DNA of 64,000 bases from Eledone cirrhosa (taxonomy: Eukaryota), in NCBI GenBank assembly GCA_964016885.1, contig OZ024740.1, positions 387,934,001 to 387,998,000 of the forward strand, written 5' to 3'. The notes below the pieces were generated by a model. It was not told the origin of the DNA. It did not search any database and worked only from the letters and a program-made list of their open reading frames with translations. The number at the start of each line of letters is the position of its first letter. Within the stretch, counting starts at the first letter, position 1. Shown here in pieces: positions 14,459 through 28,494 of this stretch. A program made the position numbers and the translations under genes.

Positions 14459-14565
14459 CCATCTTTTGATCTTATATATTATGTATACTCCAGTCCTACA
14501 AACTGTAGAGTGCTTCTTATCCGATATCTGCATTGCTTTATTGTACTACAATAAAACTCACCTCC

Positions 14566-14621
<56 letters not shown>

Positions 14622-14627
<6 letters not shown>

Positions 14628-15660
14628 TGAAAGCAGAAAATTGGTTATTGTAATCCAGTTCGTGGTTAAGATAGCCAGTTTCGCGGACCGTTTGCAAGAA
14701 TCTGGTTAGTAAATCCCGTTCAATCTTGGAGTATAAACAATAAAAGAGAAAACACAGGTAAGCATTAAAAAAAGGATTTTATCCAGGTCTTTACGACAGT
14801 TTCATTGGTAAGCGCAACCTTATATCGCTATACAGTAAATAGCAGCCAATCGATAATAACTGTTATTCACCTCCAAATTTTTAAAATAATGAAGTTACTT
14901 GTAAAAGGTTCTTAATATATAAAAAAACATTTTTTTGGAATCGTATTTACTAGTATAGAGAGAGAGAGGAAGGGGGAGAAGAGATAGGAAGTAGAGGGAA
15001 AAATGGTAATGGAGGTGGGGGGGGATAAAGATGGAAGGATTCCTCGATCAGTTTTGATTCGTTGACTTGATGTCGTCAATTTACAGTGTAGGGAGTTAAA
15101 GAGAATTAAATTGTTTATAGTGGGAGAGAGAGATGGGGGGCGGGGGCGGGGGTAGAGAGATAAATATATATATAAAAAAGGGGAAGAGAAAAAAGAAGAA
15201 AAGAAAGAGAACAAAAAAGAGAGAGAAGAAAAGAAGAAAACGAAAAAAGAAAAAAAGGAATGAAGGAGGAGAGAAGGACATAAGTATTGGTTACTGTGGG
15301 TAATTAAAGGGGTTAGATTCAATAAGAGGGTGGAAAGTGTAAGTATATGCAGTTTAGTAGTAGGTGGTAGTAGGAGGTTAAGGGTTCGATTAGCACTTGT
15401 AGTGCGAACATTTTTCTTAAAGTCTATGGTTGCAATAAATTGATCTTTCGATTTTATTGTTGAGTAACTTATTCTTCGAACTCAAAATGTGGAACAGTTC
15501 AAGGTCACATAACCGACAGTTTCTCATACTACTCCGATATGCAGGCACGTTCGATAATTTCTTCCACTTCAGGGTGTATTGATGGCTACTTTCCCTCAGT
15601 TGCCAGGTCTTGTTCACAAGGGTAGTTATATAACGATGCTGGGAATGTTTCATTGCGTAA
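14622..15660 (-). mobile_element. 3' fragment of a Naiad-type PLE (endonuclease C-terminus + pyrimidine-rich UTR)
   Basis: ORF 15417-15653: TTL...WQL....YTLKW.....AY.....CRLCDLE..HI......LLN..E....CNHR. Confidence 0.8.
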
Positions 15661-15667
15661 CGATGTG

Positions 15668-15893
<226 letters not shown>

Positions 15894-16077
15894 TTTCATC
15901 CCTATAACTGTTTTAAATAATTAACTATTAATGAGCACTATATATTACATTATATTCAACACTCTAACAAAACTTTAACAGACATGCATTTAAACCTATT
16001 AAGAAAACCAGATTATTAATGAGATGTGAATTCGGTGAACATAAGTTCTGTGAAATCGTAGACGAGAGAGAGAAAAT

Positions 16078-16203
16078 ATATATATCAAGAGTAAACAAGA
16101 CTAACAGAGAGATGAGAGATGCAAAAAAACAAAAAAACATTTCTTAGGTTCGCGACTGGGAAGAAGTAAAATGAGAGTTTCTACGTATCAGACATAAGTC
16201 ATT
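16078..16203 (-). repeat. Short TA-anchored interspersed repeat; second copy at 13135-13240 (+)
   Basis: AATGACTTATGTCTGATACGTAGAAACTCTC..GTTTACTCTTG shared in opposite orientation. Confidence 0.8.
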
Positions 16204-16758
16204 ATGTATATATACATATGTATTTCATATATTTTCCTAAACTGCGATTCTGTGTTTCTCTCTTTCTCTCTTACTGCTCCCTCGTTCTCTCTGTTTCTCT
16301 TACTTTCTTTCGTCCCCTCTGTCATGTCAGTTAACACTTTCTCTCTACTGACCTCTTCCTCGCACTTCCACTCACTCACTCTCTGTTTCTCCCCTTCTTA
16401 CTTCCTCCCCGTCCGCTACAAACCCGATTTTCCTTCTTTCTCACATCGGATTCACTAGCGAAAGGTCTGTTTCTTACTCGCACATGTATTCACCTAGCTT
16501 ATACTGACAAAATAACCACGTTGCTTGTGTTTCTTTCTATATTCGGTTAGCTTTCCCCTGTGTTGTTTACTTGTCTCACTCGCTTTACGCGTTTCAATTG
16601 TCCTAATAACTTTTTTTAGTTATTGTCGCACCAACGTGAGGTATATGATTTTTAATGCGATGAAATACCAATGATCGTTGGCAAATCACTGATGAGGGAC
16701 TCATTTTATAACATGTAATCCATGTGCAACCATGCAGTATTCTTCTCCCCATATTTTT

Positions 16759-16822
<64 letters not shown>

Positions 16823-18566
16823 GGGAAGAGAGAGAAGGGGGAGAGAGAGAAAGAGAGAGAGAGAGAGAAGGAGAGAGAGAGAGAGAGAGAGACTATAATG
16901 TCTAGATATGCATATACGTGAGAGTAAGAGAGAGAAAGATAATGAGAGAGAATTTCAGAAATCTTCGGCCTTGAGCCGACAAAATGCTGTGTTTGAGATT
17001 TTGTGACTAAAACGTGTTCATAACCCCATTGAATACAGAGACGCACACGTACTTACAAGCACACATGCGTTTACACACGGACGCATTTATAAATATATAT
17101 CTGTGTGTACGTGTATATGAATGCATGTGTATGCATATATGATTGGTGTATTGTCGAGATGTCTGAGTATAATTACACACCCTTCCCCACTACTGTCCAG
17201 CGCCTACAAGCGACGGAGATAAAAAGGCAACGCTATAATGAGGACATTGAAAATGTATACAAAATTAAATTTCCTTTAAGTGTGTTTGAGCAAATCTTCT
17301 GCAATCTTTAAAGTAATATCATATCGAAGACTTAGTTAAAAAGTGCCGTTATTATTGGTGAAGAAAATCTATTGATCTGTCACAACATATTCAAAAATCG
17401 CCACCAGAGATATTCTCAATTTGAAAAGCATAATTACATTCAGCATCACAATACGATATTTCGGTGACTAAAATAGTATCTATGAAGAATTCCTATAAAT
17501 CTATATGTATCAAATTCACAAATGTTAAATAGATTTGTAGATTTCTTTTATTATATAGAGTGCATTTTATTATATAGAGACATCGGTCCATAAAACATTA
17601 ATATATTTCTGAAATTAATTTACATTTTATATTTTTCATTGTATTAATAAGGGCCGTTGGTAATTATACGTGGGTCAGCCTTGAGAGAGATCATAAAAAA
17701 ATCATGAAAGATGTTTTGTTTATCGTGTTTTGCAATTCAAACATTACTCGTAATTCAGAGGTGGCTACTATAGCTTGATACCACGATGCATCTCTGTGGG
17801 AAGCAGCCCAAATACGTGCACCAATCACGGGAAATGTATTGGGAGTCAATAGACAGTGTGATGCCCTTGACATAAAACATATATAAAAATACATGGTGCC
17901 TGCCTCAAATGAATTATGTTTAAGCAGAGAGAAGAGGTAAGCCGAACGATAAGTATGATACCTAAGGTAAGTGACAATACATGGGTAAAAAGCGAAGATG
18001 AAAAATATGGTATCCAGATATATGTCATGTGTAGTGGGATTCAAGTATGATATGACGGATAAAATTATCAAGAAATTATATTATAGCTTTACGAGAATTT
18101 TGGGGGGAATTGGCAGAGGGACGCAAGAGTAAATAAGAATGAGCGGGACATCTGAATGGGGGACGTGTCCAATAATGATGAAAACAGTTAATAATGAGCT
18201 ATAATAGGTGTGGTGGGTTTTGAGAAGTGAAAGGATCCTGGATAGACTGGGTGATGCTGCATGGCTGAGGATCTTATATATATATATATATATATAAATG
18301 GAAAAAATGAAACGAAATTTCATTTCTCAGTCTTAGTACGGCTGTTACTTAAATATAACTATGTATACGTACATATATATATGTATACAGACGTACAGTA
18401 GTATCATAATGTATATATATACATACATGCACACATATATATATGTACGTATGTATTTACCGAACATTTATTATAATGCTCGATGTGTTTGTAAACAAAC
18501 ATCCCGAATTAAGCCGTACAGAGTTTAGGAACCATCGTTGCCCTTTTGTTCAACACTGACAAAGGA

Positions 18567-18609
18567 ACGATGTACTAGTTTCAAGCTTATTAGCTATCGT
18601 CAGCATCGT
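18567..18609 (-). ncRNA. Minimal type-I hammerhead ribozyme
   Basis: ACGATG-CTGACGA-tAGCT/aata/AGCTt-GAAA-CTAG-TA-CATCGT; palindromic ACTAGT stem III. Confidence 0.82.
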
Positions 18610-19016
18610 ATACCTTCCTGCCAGATGATTGAACGTCTGAAAGTATATACTTTCCGTATGCATATTAATGGCTGAGCAGCCTAATTTGCATATCGAGTGA
18701 GTTAATCGGCCGGGCGCACCGAAAACTATAAATGGAAAAAATGAAACGAAATTTCATTTCTCACTCTTAGTACGGCTGTTACTTAAATATAAGTATGTAT
18801 ACGTACATACATATATGTATACAGACGTACAGTAGTATGTATATATATACATACATGCACACATATATATATATATGTACGTATGGATTTACCGAACATT
18901 TATTATAATGCTCGGTTTGTTTAACTCACTCGATATGCAAATTAGGCTGCTCAGCCGTTAATATGCATAAGGAAAGTATATACTTTCAGACGTTCAATCA
19001 TCTGGCAGGAAGGTAT

Positions 19017-19059
19017 ACGGTGCTGACGATAGCTAATAAGCTTGAAACTAGTACATCGT
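19017..19059 (+). ncRNA. Minimal type-I hammerhead ribozyme
   Basis: ACGGTG-CTGACGA-tAGCTaataAGCTt-GAAA-CTAG-TA-CATCGT (one G-U pair in stem I). Confidence 0.82.
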
Positions 19060-21254
19060 TCCTTTGTCAGTGTTGAACAAAAGGGCAACGATGGTTGCTA
19101 AACACTGTACGGCTTAATTCGGGATGTTTGTTTACAAACAAACCGAGCATTATAATAAATGTTCGGCAAATCCATACGTACATATATATATGTGTGCATG
19201 TATGTATATATATACATACTACTGTACGTCTGTATACATATATGTATGTACGTATACATACTTATATATGTATATATATATATATATTTATATTCAAATG
19301 TTAAACAAGGTTCAATGAATACATCAAAGAATGAGTTGGGCCTAAAAAGTCATAACAGTTTATAAAACTTTAATAATGCTTTATCTTCTAATCATTTATG
19401 ATAGAATTAATGTTAGAATGAAGGATCCTCTTTAGATATATAAACATATTATTTGGTAACTTGTTTACTTGATAAATATGCACACCTTAGGAGTATTTTA
19501 GATATTTATAATTTTGATTCGGACCTTTATTTATCTGTCTCTGTTTTAAATATATAATTTGGATATTTAACTTGTAAATTTACCGGTTATAATTGAACTG
19601 TAGATCATTCATGCGTTTGCATATTTTACTCATTTTGAGTATGTTTTGGGGACTCAGAAAGTTAAATTTGCACTTATTTATTTTTATATATATCTAGGTA
19701 TAAATATAACAAACCATAATAGTCGACAAATATTGGTCTCTCTCTCCACTGAACTGGAGGTAAAACTACAATTATAGCATTACTAATAATGATTATAATT
19801 ATTTATTTATTAAATGTATACCGTTTCATTAATATTTATAATAATATCTCTATATAGTTGTACAAATATGTTTATCTAATTTAATAACATACTCGTAGTT
19901 ACATTTATAAATAATTTAGATACTCAAATGACTCTCTATTGTTATAAGTGTTAGATATTCCCTGGAAGTTCGAATTTATATAATGATTATTACTTAATTT
20001 AATATATTTTAATTTAATTTAATTTATTTTATTTTAATTAAATTTAGATTACCTTCGGCTTTTTCAAATATTTAGCTCCTCTTTCTATCACATTCACTAT
20101 ATATTTTAGACGTACCTTTTGTCTACTATATATTAAAACCCTATTACATTTTATAATAAATTTTTAATATTGGGTATTTTTAAGTTTCGCAAACAATTCA
20201 TTATTTTTATTTTTATATTTATTTTGTATCTAGCCCCTATCATTAGGACTCATCTCCTAGTTTTGACTTATATATTTAGAGTATATATCAACTAAATGAA
20301 CATTTCACAATAATTGATATAAAACATTAATTTTTTAACAATATATGTTAACAATATATATTCTTTTAACAATATTTTCAGTAACTTATTTACTATATTG
20401 TATTATTGTATTATGTTATACATATTTGAAAGGTATCACCTTAAGTCTTTAGACATTATAATCCTTGTGTATTTTTTGATTAACACATATATATAATTAA
20501 AAATTCAGACTTATTTAAGTTTAGTTATAAGGCCGGTTGATCCTTTAGGCACTGAAACTGTTTAATCATAAATTCTTTAATAATTATAACTATAATTATT
20601 TTATAAATTATATTATATAAACTGTTGTCAATATTATAAATAATGTTGGTAAAGATTAGCTTCGTGAGGGTATAAAAGCATTATATATTTTCTTTCTCGT
20701 GTTTCGTAAATCCTTTAAATTTGTTTTAATAAAATTTGAATTTTAGAAATTAAACTTGATAGTATAATATAATATTAATACAGATACCTATTAACTTTTA
20801 AAACCTAAAATATTACTCATTACTCTGAAATAAGTTAAATTAAATATTTTGAATATTAACGGTCAACTAAATAAGTTTAGATATATATTGCATATATGGA
20901 TAATTGTCTATAAACTTGAACATAAATTACTCCCCTTTGTCTCTCTCTCTAATCATCTTTCATTTGTTTTTCGAGGCACCTACTAAATATAGTATCCCAT
21001 CAGCTGTTTCTTCCTCTATGCTTTCCTTTCTTTCCTCTTTCTTCAGTAGTTTTTAAAATAAATTTTTTTAACTGTTATATTGATGCCATGTATTTTTTAA
21101 GCTGTATTACACGCACTCTCTCTATTGTTTGTATTATATATTTTTCTCATGTTCTCAATATTAGGGTATACATATTGAGTTTTGTCATATATTAATCACT
21201 ACCATGACTGAATCTTAACCATCTACTATGTCAGGGTATGTCATGCATCATCTT

Positions 21255-21319
21255 ATTTTATCTGATGAGGACGTATTCTTGAACTTAACTCAGTACCTCT
21301 GAAATATGTATAATAAAAT
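21255..21319 (+). ncRNA. Type-I hammerhead ribozyme at the end of a decayed AT-rich element (probable old PLE, ~19270-21365)
   Basis: ATTTTAT-CTGATGA-GGACGTA..TACCTCT-GAAA-TATGTA-TA-ATAAAAT, preceded by a pyrimidine-rich tract and followed by (TA)n. Confidence 0.65.
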
Positions 21320-21429
21320 ATACTTGATCACAAGAATATCTATTTTGTTAATATTTTGAATTAATATATATATATATGTGTGTGTATGTGTGTGTCTATG
21401 TGCGTGTTTGTTTGTGTGTTTGTGTGTAG

Positions 21430-23225
21430 CAAAAGAAATGTCAAGGAGAAGGAAAAATAAAAAAACAAAACATTTTATCTATTGCAAGAGAGCTAGTATA
21501 TCAATAGAAGCAAAGGTAAATGTAGCCCCGAAAGTCAAAGAATTGGAAGTGTTTTGGAGAAGACAATGGACATAATGTATCTAAATACCCGTTCTCCCGA
21601 CAAAAATAAACAAACAAAAAAAACAAGCGACTGAGCGGCACCCAGACATGGAAAGGCTCCAAAATTTGGTTGAAATATTTAACAAGGAGACATGGTGTAT
21701 TTGCAAAAAAAGTTTAAAGAGATACTGACAAAGTCAGAAAAAACTGGTTCACTAAGAGGGAAATCTCTCTGAACCTAAGAATAATGTCACAGCAAACTCC
21801 AAACACAGCCGGCATATACCACACCTTCTTACTATATACAAACCTTTATCTGCAATAGTTTCGTAGGAACTTACCAAACAAGAGTAAAAGCAACCCGCTT
21901 CCAGAAGAAAGGAGGCCGCTAAGTCTCATATTATTGGAAAAACAAGTTACTAATCAATAAAGCTAGAAAGGCGTTTGATAGTATTCTCCATACATGGATA
22001 CGGAACACACTATCCATGAATAAAAGTAACGCCAACAATAATAACATTTAACAAGCATGCTATAAGTAAGTGGTAAACAGTTCTGTAGCCACAAATCAAG
22101 AATGGAATTATAAAAACTGAGCAGGAATATCATGCCAGATAAAGAAAGTGATAAAGATAATTAGATCAAGCACAACCATACAAATAAGTAGGAATCAATG
22201 AACTAGACTGGTCTCAATACACACATACGAAAGAAAAGTTTAGAAAGGAATACTATAGACAAATTAGATTACTACTTAAAACAGAACTAAATGCAAATAA
22301 GTTAATTGGCATCAATACTCTACGGATCTCAGTATTAAGCTACAACTTTAGTATTCTGTACTGGACATCAAAATAACTAGTATGAATAGACGGAAAAAGA
22401 AGAAGCATAATTACTGCCCCGTCCGAAATCAGATGTAGAAAGATCACACCTACCACGAACACAAAGTGTAAGATTTATTAAAGTATAAATTCGTTATAAA
22501 AAACCACTGCAAAGATATCTAATATATCTAATGAAATTTAATTTAATATCCAAGGAAATTTAATACAAAACATGAAGAACACAAAAAAACTTGTTTTATA
22601 CTTTGAAAGAAACCAAGAAATGTAACACAGAAACTGGATTGACAATTAACTGCGAGGAAAAGGAAAATAAAAAAGAAACATCAATAGAAATTGTGAAGAA
22701 CAAAATCTAAATTGAAAACAGACCTCCAGAATGCCATGCTAAAACAAAGGTAAGAAAAACTGATACATGGCCAATACCTGAAAAAGCTGAGAAAATAATA
22801 AGCCAAATACACAAAACTGTCTACGAAGCACTGGACCAAAAGCCGAGACTGAAGGATTTTTATTCGCTGTACAAGATCAAAGCCTCTCCACTAGAAACTA
22901 CCAGAAGTACATAATTAAGCAGAACAGAGTAAGTAACTGCAGAATATGAAGAGGTGGGGATGAAACAATCTATGGCTGTCCAGTCTTAGCGAAGAAGGAA
23001 TATATCCCCAGGCATGATAACGTTAGGATTTACATACACTAGAAGTTAGGCCAACACCACGAAATACCATCAGAAAACAGATGGTACAGAAACACACCAA
23101 AAACAGTGCCAGAGAAAGACACAGCAACCATACACTGGGATATGCCAATACACACAAATAGGGAGCTGAAAGTAAAAAAAAAAACGGATATTATAGTCAA
23201 AGACCACAAAGAAAAACTGTCATGT
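21430..23225 (+). mobile_element. Heavily decayed RLE-type LINE (R4/Dong-like) RT and C-terminal region
   Basis: Broken frames: KAFDSILHTWI, RIRLLLKTELNA.K..GINTL..SVLSYNF, ETEGFLFAVQDQSLSTRNYQK, GCPVLAKKEYIPRHDNV, TIHWDMPIHT..ELK...DIIV. Confidence 0.75.
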
Positions 23226-23274
23226 AAATAATGTATCAGCCACCTCATGGGGAAATTTTCCATATATAAAGAAA

Positions 23275-23625
23275 TAACACAAATACTCGAGCATTCGTAC
23301 ACTGACATCAGTACAGCAAGAAGCTGATCATCGATCCCATACTCCTGCACAACCTTCTACAGCAGGTCCTGAGGAACGCAGTTATATGCCTTTTCAAGGT
23401 CGACAAAACGAGAATGTACTTCTTTGCAACACTCCCACGATTTCTAGAAGACCTACAGCAGTGTGAATATTTGGACAGCTGTGCTGCGTCCGGGGCGAAA
23501 ATCTCTCTGTTCATCAGCTAGCTTGGACTCAACTCAACAATCTCCCCTCATCTGTTTGCCAGACACTTAACATAGACTTTACCGAGAAAGAGACCCCTCT
23601 GCAATTGGAACAATCTCTCTTGTAT
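23275..23625 (-). mobile_element. RTE-type LINE RT fragment
   Basis: Homologous to 12250-12560; FVDLEKAY, QEYGIDDQLL. Confidence 0.7.
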
Positions 23626-23634
23626 CCCTATTTG

Positions 23635-24445
23635 AAAATCTTATTGATAACCTTAATTAATTTGTTCAATTATTACCACTACACTGATAAATCTGTACGA
23701 GTATACTCTATTTCTGAAAATCATTTCAGTTAGAATTGAGTAGGATAGTGTATGCCACGGTGTTACTATGCAATAGGTGTTCAAACCACCTTGTAGTGGT
23801 GTGATTTAGTAAATCTATTAGTATATTCTACTCTCAGGATTAATACAAGTCGAGTAGTTATTTTAGAGACGCGTGTATTTTCTCGCTACTTTTAGACAAC
23901 AATGCATGGATACAGCGACATTTTTTCAAGTTGCAGGCAGATACACGAAAATTGAGCTGGCTACTGTCATCATGTCGAGCTTCTGAAAAATGTTCTATTT
24001 TCCCCTATCTTATTTACTGGACACACATTTCTTTAGAGACGTTTGAATTGAACATGATCGACATGTGTAATAACTAATTCGGAATGGGTATCGTAGCTGG
24101 AAATCCATGCGCTAATTCCAAGTTTTTATGTAACTCACTTTTGGAATATGTAATTATTTACGTACCTGATACTAACAGTTTGGTATAGGTGAACCCAGCA
24201 CTGGTTTGGTTGCACATCAATATTTCGATGATTTTATTAATTGATTTGATTATCGATTGTTGTTAGTTGTATTAATTTTATTGATAACCCTAATTAATTT
24301 ATTCAGTTATTACCACTACACTGCTAAATCTGTTTCGGGAATTCATTTCAGTTAGAATTGAATAAGAAGATATTGTGTATGATTCGGTGTTACAATGCCA
24401 TATGTCCGCAAACATTTTGTAGTGCGATTTCGTAAATCTATTGTG
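23635..24445. repeat. Diverged ~190-bp direct duplication (23635-23825 / 24275-24445)
   Basis: TTATTGATAACC.TAATTAATTT..TTATTACCACTACACTG..ATTTCAGTTAGAATTGA shared. Confidence 0.7.
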
Positions 24446-24447
24446 TG

Positions 24448-24529
<82 letters not shown>

Positions 24530-24976
24530 ACGGCGATGAATTAGTTTTGCGAGGTTTTTGATATGAAATCGATGTAGTTCGGCATGCTGTCTATTGACAT
24601 CCTACCGGACTTGTCCGTCGGTGGACATGCTGCCCCACCGTCCGTTGTGTGCTGCTTGAGGCTGGCCAGGCCTTCTGCAGGTTTCCTCCCAGGTTGTTGG
24701 ACCTCTGGTCTGCTCTGTCTCTTGGTATGCCGGTCTACTATTTGTCTAGATGTTGCAGATGTGCAACGAAAGAACTTTGTTAGACTATATATATGTGTTT
24801 CTGTCTATATCGTATCTGTATTTTTGACCGTTGGTCAGTCGATGGTAACATTGAGGACCGAATAAATTAAATTAACCGATATAAAAGACACAGAAGCGAA
24901 AACCAACCAAACAGTGAGTGTGTTCTGTTATTAATTCTGGTAATATTATTACACAAATATGACCCTCCCCAAGTAT

Positions 24977-25025
<49 letters not shown>

Positions 25026-25107
25026 TGCATGTATGGTATATTTGGTAATATACTGTATGTTTAATTAAAACCATTTTGAAGACCATTCACTATTAACTTT
25101 AAAGTAG

Positions 25108-25730
25108 TGACATTGAATGTGTAAACCACTTCCAATACCTTGGCAGCAACATCTCTGACGATGGGGATGCTGAGGTGGATGTGCGCACAAGGCTGGGAAA
25201 AGCAGCGGCGGTCTTCCAGCGACTCCGTCCGGTATGGTCCATGTGTTCCATCGGCAACGCCGTCAAATTCCGTGTTTACATGTCCATTGTAGTACCAACA
25301 TCGATATATTCTGTGAGGCATGGAAGAGTACGGAAAGTGTATGTAACAAGCTTGATGTATTCCACCGTCGTTGCATTCGGACCATATTGAAAATTTCATG
25401 GAGAGACCAAGTTAGCAACGAGGAAGTGATGAGGAGGTCAGGATTAGAGAGGTTAAGGGACATTGTCCGGAAAAGGAGAAGGCGGTTCGCGGGCCACATC
25501 CTTCGTTTGCCGGCAGATCGACCTGCTCATATTGCCATGGATTGGGTACCAGAAGGTGGCAGGAGAGAACGGGGAAGACCACGAAAAACATGGCGGAGCA
25601 CATTCAGGGAGGACCTGCGGGAGATGGGAATTACCTGGAGAGGTGCTAGAAGGGCCGCCAGTGACAGGATCAAGTGGAGGAAGCTCGTCGCCCAATGTTC
25701 CACAAGGGACTGGAGGAACTAAGACTAAGA
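25108..25730 (+). mobile_element. 3' end of an RTE-type LINE with short (ACTAAG) tail
   Basis: IECVNHFQYLGSNIS..DVRTRLGKAAAVF; CEAW..KLDVFHRRCIRTILKISWRDQVSNEEV..GHILR..RGRPRKTW..ASDRIKWR. Confidence 0.9.
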
Positions 25731-25748
25731 TATATATGTATATATAAG

Positions 25749-25779
<31 letters not shown>

Positions 25780-27021
25780 ATATATATGAGTGTGTGTGTA
25801 TGTGTGCGGGTGTGCAGGCGCGCGCGAGTGTGTGTATGTGTACTAGCGTTCGAAGAATAACCAGTAAATAAAGGTATATAAAGACATGTAATATGTTAGA
25901 AGATTCTGATACAGCACTGATACGTTGATAAAAATGTAACAAATCTGAATACGCTATTACATCCTTATTTTTATATCAGAAAACTAAGCATATTGCTGGT
26001 CTTCAACACACAATCTAGGTTAACTAAATGCAGTACTTTTTTATGCTAAAAAATATATCAGTAATATGTACATCGCACATCATTTTATGTATATATATTT
26101 ACATGGCAGATTCTTATGAATAATATAAATATTATATGTTGTATCTATATAAGATCATATCACTGATTTTGTTCATTATTATATCTGCCAAATGCCATGT
26201 GACGTATGTTTTATGTATAATAGAATATGAATTCAATTTCGATGTGTAGTTATTAGTATGGTATACATTGATGACATCAGAATATTATATTTATATAATA
26301 GAAATTTAACTGTCATATCTTGAATGTTAAAATTTACGAACGAAAATGTCCATGTATTCCAACAGATGTCTGTTACTTCTGTGCGTGTTTGTGTCAATGC
26401 TTTTGTGTTGAAGTGCTTGTGTGTGAACGTTCCAGAGTAGCTTTCTTTTGTATTTGTATGTCTTTCCTTTTTTCTGCGCCCACTCTGTATGGATACTCAT
26501 CTTTCAAATCTTATGTTAATTCTTCCATTCTCTTTTTATGTTGTCAAATGACTCATTCGATCAGTAAACCAACAGATATTAGAGTTGCTTCAGCCTACGC
26601 TTTTGATTTTCAGGAAACTTTACGTAACAACATCTTGTTAGAAATATTTCGTATTTCAGTTGTCCGAAATACAATTCTCACAAGTGAAAGAATGCATACA
26701 TTAGAACATTTAAATTATAACCTTCACCAAATGCATACTGGAGAGAATTGTTTGATAGATAAAATTTATTGAAAAAACTTTACAACTATTGAATAAATTT
26801 AAATTACAAATATTCATATATTCAATTACGTTATTTAGCAGGTAGCAAACAGTGAGGTTTCTAAAGAATTGATATATATGTAAAAGTATAAAACAATTTC
26901 GAACATTCATCGTACTATTTATTCAGTTTCTAGATATTTTAATTCTGAAGATATAAATATTTTGTTTTTTTTATATAGTAGGAATTACATTAAATGAATA
27001 GAAGTGGATCAGAAATATCTA

Positions 27022-27242
27022 CGACGCACGGTTGAAAAGTTCATAGGCTGACTATAAAGTTTTGATACCAGAGCTGTGAAATCTTGCACGCATTAATTTC
27101 AACTCTTTTTATTTATAATTACCCTGTTCCTTTCTAGGGAAAATATTGAGAAATAAGCTTCATTTGGTCATTCCATGAGGATATCTTGGTCATGAACTTT
27201 TCAGCTTATGAACTTTTCAGCCTATGAACTTTTCTGCCGACG
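27022..27242. mobile_element. Mariner-type MITE (TA target); solo end at 61501-61595
   Basis: TA|CGACGCACGGTTGAAAAGTTCATAGGCTGA ... TCAGCCTATGAACTTTTCTGCCGACG|TA. Confidence 0.7.
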
Positions 27243-28494
27243 TATAGTATAGATTCATTGAACTTCTTGGCAATGTGAAAACGCAAATTCTGGTTGAGGT
27301 TGTGTAAAGAAAATTGCCTCTAGAGTATCGATCCATTTTATATCGCATTTACAGTAACGCATCGTGTGCTCGGATTAAATATGTTTGCCATATAAACTAC
27401 ATTTATATTGCAATTAAAGTTCTTGGTAACACAATTTCGCGTTATGAAGTGATTATGCAGTATATATATTTGACATTTAAATTTAATGTTATTACAATCT
27501 CTATTTTTCTTAGTGCCGGTTTGGATAATGTTTATGGATAAGATTTATTTTGTATTGAATATGTTTTTCTATTAAAAATATTTTGCAAGGGAATCAATAT
27601 TCTGTGAGATAACTATGTTAATAGTCCTATATACAACTCTAAATTTCGAGAATTTAGAATACTTTATGGATGCAATGGAATTCGCATATTGCATTGCTGA
27701 TTTAAAATCTACTGAAAGCTTAGATATGGTTCACGATCATTGATGTGTAGTGACAACGCCCATAGAAAATCTAATCAAAACTGGAAATATATTTCCTTTC
27801 CGGGCGTTTCATTATATTTATTCAATGTTCCAATGAATTTCGACGATAGGCAAGAGCTTGGAAGGAAATAATCTCTGCGTGGCTGGCTTCCCATAGTGAG
27901 AATAAATATTAAGGGATGTTTTCATTTTGTAAATCTTTTTTTATTGTATTATATTATTTGAAAAATAAGTGATTGTACTGCATCGACCTCACAAAATATA
28001 TCAAATGGTATATATTATGAGACCGAATTATTCATTAGTAGACCTGATCCGAAAAGAATTTCAATTGAATTGAGTATCTCATATACATGATATGTGTTTT
28101 GTTGTGTTCATACAGTTTATTTTCATTCTGCGTATTTATATATTTATCAGGTTATTGAATGAAATATATGGTAATTATTAATATTAATCTTATTCCATAT
28201 ATTGAGTTGTGTATCGCATACAGATAGATAAAGACATGAAATAAAGTCAGTTCACCATTCTTAATTATTGGTGAAATAATTCAACATTTGTCGGGCAAAA
28301 GATAAGCAGAAACGCCAATACAACTCCTTCGTGAATTCAAAATCATGCAATGGTAACTTACATGTGCCACAAATTAATATTGAGAGTATGAATATGACCT
28401 TGGCTGTACATACATACTTGTTTCAGCATGAGCCATTGAACCAGTCGTGAGTTATTGGTGTTTATGTATAGACGTGTTTATACTCTCTGTTACA

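Larger units (their letters stand above)
13316..14478. mobile_element. Inverted pair of PLE 3' tails (~370-bp arms), each with an HHR
   Basis: 13316-13690 is a diverged reverse complement of ~14130-14478. A pyrimidine-rich UTR precedes each HHR; TA flanks. Confidence 0.8.
18295..19265. mobile_element. Non-coding HHR element: 434-nt unit + partial tandem copy + inverted copy (retrozyme-like)
   Basis: 18296.. repeats at 18730.. (period 434); 18923-19265 is the reverse complement of ~18355-18703. Diverged homologue at 53225-53560. Confidence 0.8.

Noticed and set aside
14785-14870. Possible decayed hammerheads here (- strand) and at ~13125-13190, ~24528-24582 and ~30345-30375
   Set aside because: Only half of the core or stems is recognisable; too degenerate to call by eye.
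25900-28450. Host exons in the unique-looking AT-rich stretch (also 54000-55250 and 58500-60350), including ORF 26320-26772
   Set aside because: No recognisable domain or convincing splice-bounded frame; small exons cannot be excluded without RNA-seq.
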